From: Desulfatiglandales bacterium
GTDB lineage: Bacteria; Desulfobacterota; DSM-4660; Desulfatiglandales; HGW-15
NCBI GenBank assembly: GCA_963667015.2
Contig: CAXXJJ010000004.1
Coordinates: forward strand, 2,016,001 to 2,080,000
Length of the DNA: 64,000 nt
Direction of reading: 5' to 3'
The position numbers and the translations under genes were made by a program. Of this stretch, positions 61,649-64,000 are shown in pieces. A model generated the notes under the pieces. The model saw nothing but the letters and a program-made list of their open reading frames with translations, ran no database searches and was not told where the DNA came from. Numbering within the stretch: position 1 is the stretch's first letter; each line of letters begins with the position of its first letter.

Positions 61649-61741
61649 TATTAAACGGGTTAAAGGAGAAGATGATGATAGATAAGTATTTGAACGATCC
61701 ATTATCCTTACCGGACCAAAACAGTTCCCCAAAATTTGACA

Positions 61742-61817
61742 TGGTGGAGATGATCGGGATCGAACCGACGACCTGTACGTTGCGAACGTACCGCTCTCCC
61801 AACTGAGCTACATCCCC
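61742..61817 (-). tRNA. tRNA-Ala(CGC)
   Basis: GGGGATG..GTACG-TT-CGC-AA-CGTAC..GTTCGAT..CATCTCCACCA; G3:U70. Confidence 0.96.
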
Positions 61818-61982
61818 ATTGTTTAAAACTCTGAATTAGCAGATAATAAGATTAAATAAAAAACATTTAAACAATAAATATATAAATACTTTTAGCTATA
61901 TAATCAAGATATTTTTCTTATTTTGCAATGGACTAATAAAATGCTTGCATTTTATCAAAATTTTGGTACAAAGCTACCCCAT

Positions 61983-62056
61983 GCCCCCGTAGCTCAGGTG
62001 GATAGAGCACCAGATTCCTAATCTGGGTGCCGCATGTTCGAGTCATGCCGGGGGCA
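61983..62056 (+). tRNA. tRNA-Arg(CCT); CCA not encoded
   Basis: GCCCCCG..CCAGA-TT-CCT-AA-TCTGG..GTTCGAG..CGGGGGCA. Confidence 0.95.
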
Positions 62057-62175
62057 CTTTTATATAAGTAATACATGATATTACGTCATATTAAAAAAGT
62101 CATATATATAATTTATAGTTTGACATATGGCTTTTTTTCTTTTATTATCACGTGTTACAACTTTGGAGGATAACT

Positions 62176-62487
62176 ATGTACGCTGTAATAAAAACCGGTG
62201 GAAAACAATATCGCGTAACCCCCGGCGATATGCTGAAAATTGAAAAGCTTGACGGTGAAGTAGGTGATGCAGTTACCTTTGATAAGGTACTCATGACTTC
62301 AGACGGAGAGAATGTCAACCTGGGAAAACCATACCTTGAAGATACAAAGGTATATGGCAGCATCGCCAGACAGGCAAAAGACAGAAAGGTTATTGTCTTT
62401 AAATATAAAAAAAGAAAAGGTTACAGGAAAAAAAATGGACACAGGCAGAATTTCACACTGATAAAAATTGACAATATTGGTGAATAA
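62176..62487 (+). CDS. rplU: 50S ribosomal protein L21
   Basis: MYAVIKTGGKQYRV..GHRQ; SD GGAGG before ATG 62176. Confidence 0.98.
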   Translation: MYAVIKTGGKQYRVTPGDMLKIEKLDGEVGDAVTFDKVLMTSDGENVNLGKPYLEDTKVYGSIARQAKDRKVIVFKYKKRKGYRKKNGHRQNFTLIKIDNIGE

Positions 62488-62591
62488 TTATTCCTAATGT
62501 CCAACAAGGTAATACTTTTCTAACAGTATTAAAACAATATCACTTTATAAATTTTTTCGCTGAAAGCGATTTTATATAAAGGAATTAGATT

Positions 62592-62846
62592 ATGTCACAT
62601 AAAAAAGCAGGCGGAAGTTCAAGAAATGGCAGAGATAGTGCCGGCCAGAGATATGGAGTAAAAAAATATGCTGGTGAAACGGTAAAGGCAGGGAATATCC
62701 TTATCAGACAGAGGGGAACCCAGGTTCACCCGGGCGAAAACGTAGGGCTTGGAAAAGACTATACGATTTTTGCCAAGATAGACGGAAAAGTCACCTTTGA
62801 GAGATTTGCAAAGAATCGAAAAAAGGTGAGCGTTTACGCCGACTAA
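62592..62846 (+). CDS. rpmA: 50S ribosomal protein L27 (short form, no Prp leader)
   Basis: [21 protein letters not shown]. Confidence 0.98.
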   Translation: MSHKKAGGSSRNGRDSAGQRYGVKKYAGETVKAGNILIRQRGTQVHPGENVGLGKDYTIFAKIDGKVTFERFAKNRKKVSVYAD

Positions 62847-62879
62847 AAAATTCTCCTTTTTCCACCACCTGAGGATAAT

Positions 62880-63878
62880 ATGGGATTTCTGGATGAAGCG
62901 GTTATACATGTTGTTTCCGGGGATGGTGGAAAAGGCTGTGTAAGTTTCAGAAGAGAACGTTTTATCCCCAAAGGCGGTCCCGATGGAGGGGACGGCGGTA
63001 AAGGCGGGGATATCATTATAAGGGCTTCAAACAAGCTCCACACCCTCTCCGATTTCAGCTCCCGAAGACGATTCAAAGCACAGAATGGCGGCGCAGGAAA
63101 AGGCAGCAATCAAACCGGCAAAAATGCTGAAGATGTTGTCATTGAAGTGCCCCTGGGCACAATTATCGCTAATCATCAGACAGGAGAGATACTTGGAGAC
63201 CTGATCCAAAATGAACAGGAACTCACCATAGTCTCCGGGGGAATAGGTGGAAAGGGAAACAAACATTTCACCACATCAACCAACAGGGCCCCAAGATTTG
63301 CACAAAGCGGTATTCCCGGAGAATCAAAAGATCTTAAACTAACCCTGAAACACCTTGCAGATATAGGACTCATAGGCCTTCCAAACGCAGGTAAATCAAC
63401 CCTTTTATCCTGCCTGACAATGGCACGCCCCAAGATTGACGGGTATCCATTTACTACAATTGTTCCGAATCTGGGGATACTTGACCTTGATGAGGAAAAG
63501 AATCTTACAATCGCAGATATTCCCGGCTTAATTGAAGGAGCCAGCGAAGGAAAAGGACTCGGGCACCGTTTCTTAAGGCATATAGAGAGAACAAAATTCC
63601 TTCTCCATGTAATTGACGTTTCCCAGGCCCCGGCAGATGATCCGCTCAGAGACTATCATACTCTGGAGGATGAATTGAAAAGGTATGATATCTCGCTCCT
63701 CCAGAAAAAAAGGATAATCATTGTTAATAAAATTGACCTTGAACGACCTGATGGGTTAAAACCCGAAGATATTATTTTAAAAATAAACAAGGCCGGTTTT
63801 GAAACCATAGCAGTTTCAGCACTGACAGGTAAAGGGATCAGGGAATTGAAAAAGTTTTTAAAAGAAAGTATTGATTAA
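62880..63878 (+). CDS. obgE: GTPase ObgE/CgtA
   Basis: Gly-rich Obg fold, GLPNAGKS, YPFTT, DIPG, NKID, SA. Confidence 0.97.
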   Translation: MGFLDEAVIHVVSGDGGKGCVSFRRERFIPKGGPDGGDGGKGGDIIIRASNKLHTLSDFSSRRRFKAQNGGAGKGSNQTGKNAEDVVIEVPLGTIIANHQTGEILGDLIQNEQELTIVSGGIGGKGNKHFTTSTNRAPRFAQSGIPGESKDLKLTLKHLADIGLIGLPNAGKSTLLSCLTMARPKIDGYPFTTIVPNLGILDLDEEKNLTIADIPGLIEGASEGKGLGHRFLRHIERTKFLLHVIDVSQAPADDPLRDYHTLEDELKRYDISLLQKKRIIIVNKIDLERPDGLKPEDIILKINKAGFETIAVSALTGKGIRELKKFLKESID

Positions 63879-64000
63879 ATACTAAAAAAACTCAAGGGCT
63901 GATTGAACTGCTTTTCCGGAAATTACGACCTGCAGGTTTTTACAAAAAATGCAAAATAGTATATCTCTCTTGATATCAATCAACATCATGTAACCGATTG

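Noticed and set aside
61742..62056. tRNA-anchored genomic island or prophage
   Set aside because: No integrase, phage genes or duplicated tRNA 3' end seen in the window
62488..62591. Missing prp between rplU and rpmA
   Set aside because: L27 is the short form that needs no Prp cleavage
63957..63979. Second SahR-like site (CTTGATAT)
   Set aside because: Only one half-site matches, and the downstream gene is outside the window
1..64000. CRISPR array, retron or defence-system genes
   Set aside because: No regularly spaced repeats, reverse transcriptase, cas or nuclease signatures recognised

Overview
AT-rich (roughly 40% GC by eye) chromosomal window from an anaerobic Desulfobacterota/deltaproteobacterium, inferred from the SahR-ahcY arrangement, the PxxKW protein, pilS/pilC and the dnaG-rpoD-tRNA-nif3-zinc ribbon-rnpB order. 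It is mostly housekeeping: ispA(part)-dxs-tlyA, pyrF, ECF sigma/anti-sigma/degP, aspS-hisS-ugd, rng, tkt, ahcY/metK/panC, msbA/lptG, rnpB, rpoD/dnaG, hisB, 3 tRNAs and rplU-rpmA-obgE. No CRISPR array, prophage or transposase gene was seen. The most notable items are: (i) a tightly coupled GAF - atypical soluble kinase (HGDIRxxH/DFD, no activation loop) - USP operon; (ii) a CHASE2-like Ser/Thr kinase - PP2C - double-FHA module without T6SS genes; (iii) a 300-bp MITE with 14-bp perfect TIRs and a 5-bp target duplication upstream of hisB; (iv) a deoxynucleoside kinase that can only be full length from a non-canonical start (probably ATT); (v) a Na+-pumping decarboxylase whose gamma-like subunit carries an exported N-terminal domain; (vi) matched sigmaE-type promoters, a SahR operator, and a possible ~35-kb inversion separating rng from rplU. 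All family assignments are from motif recognition; no database searches were run.
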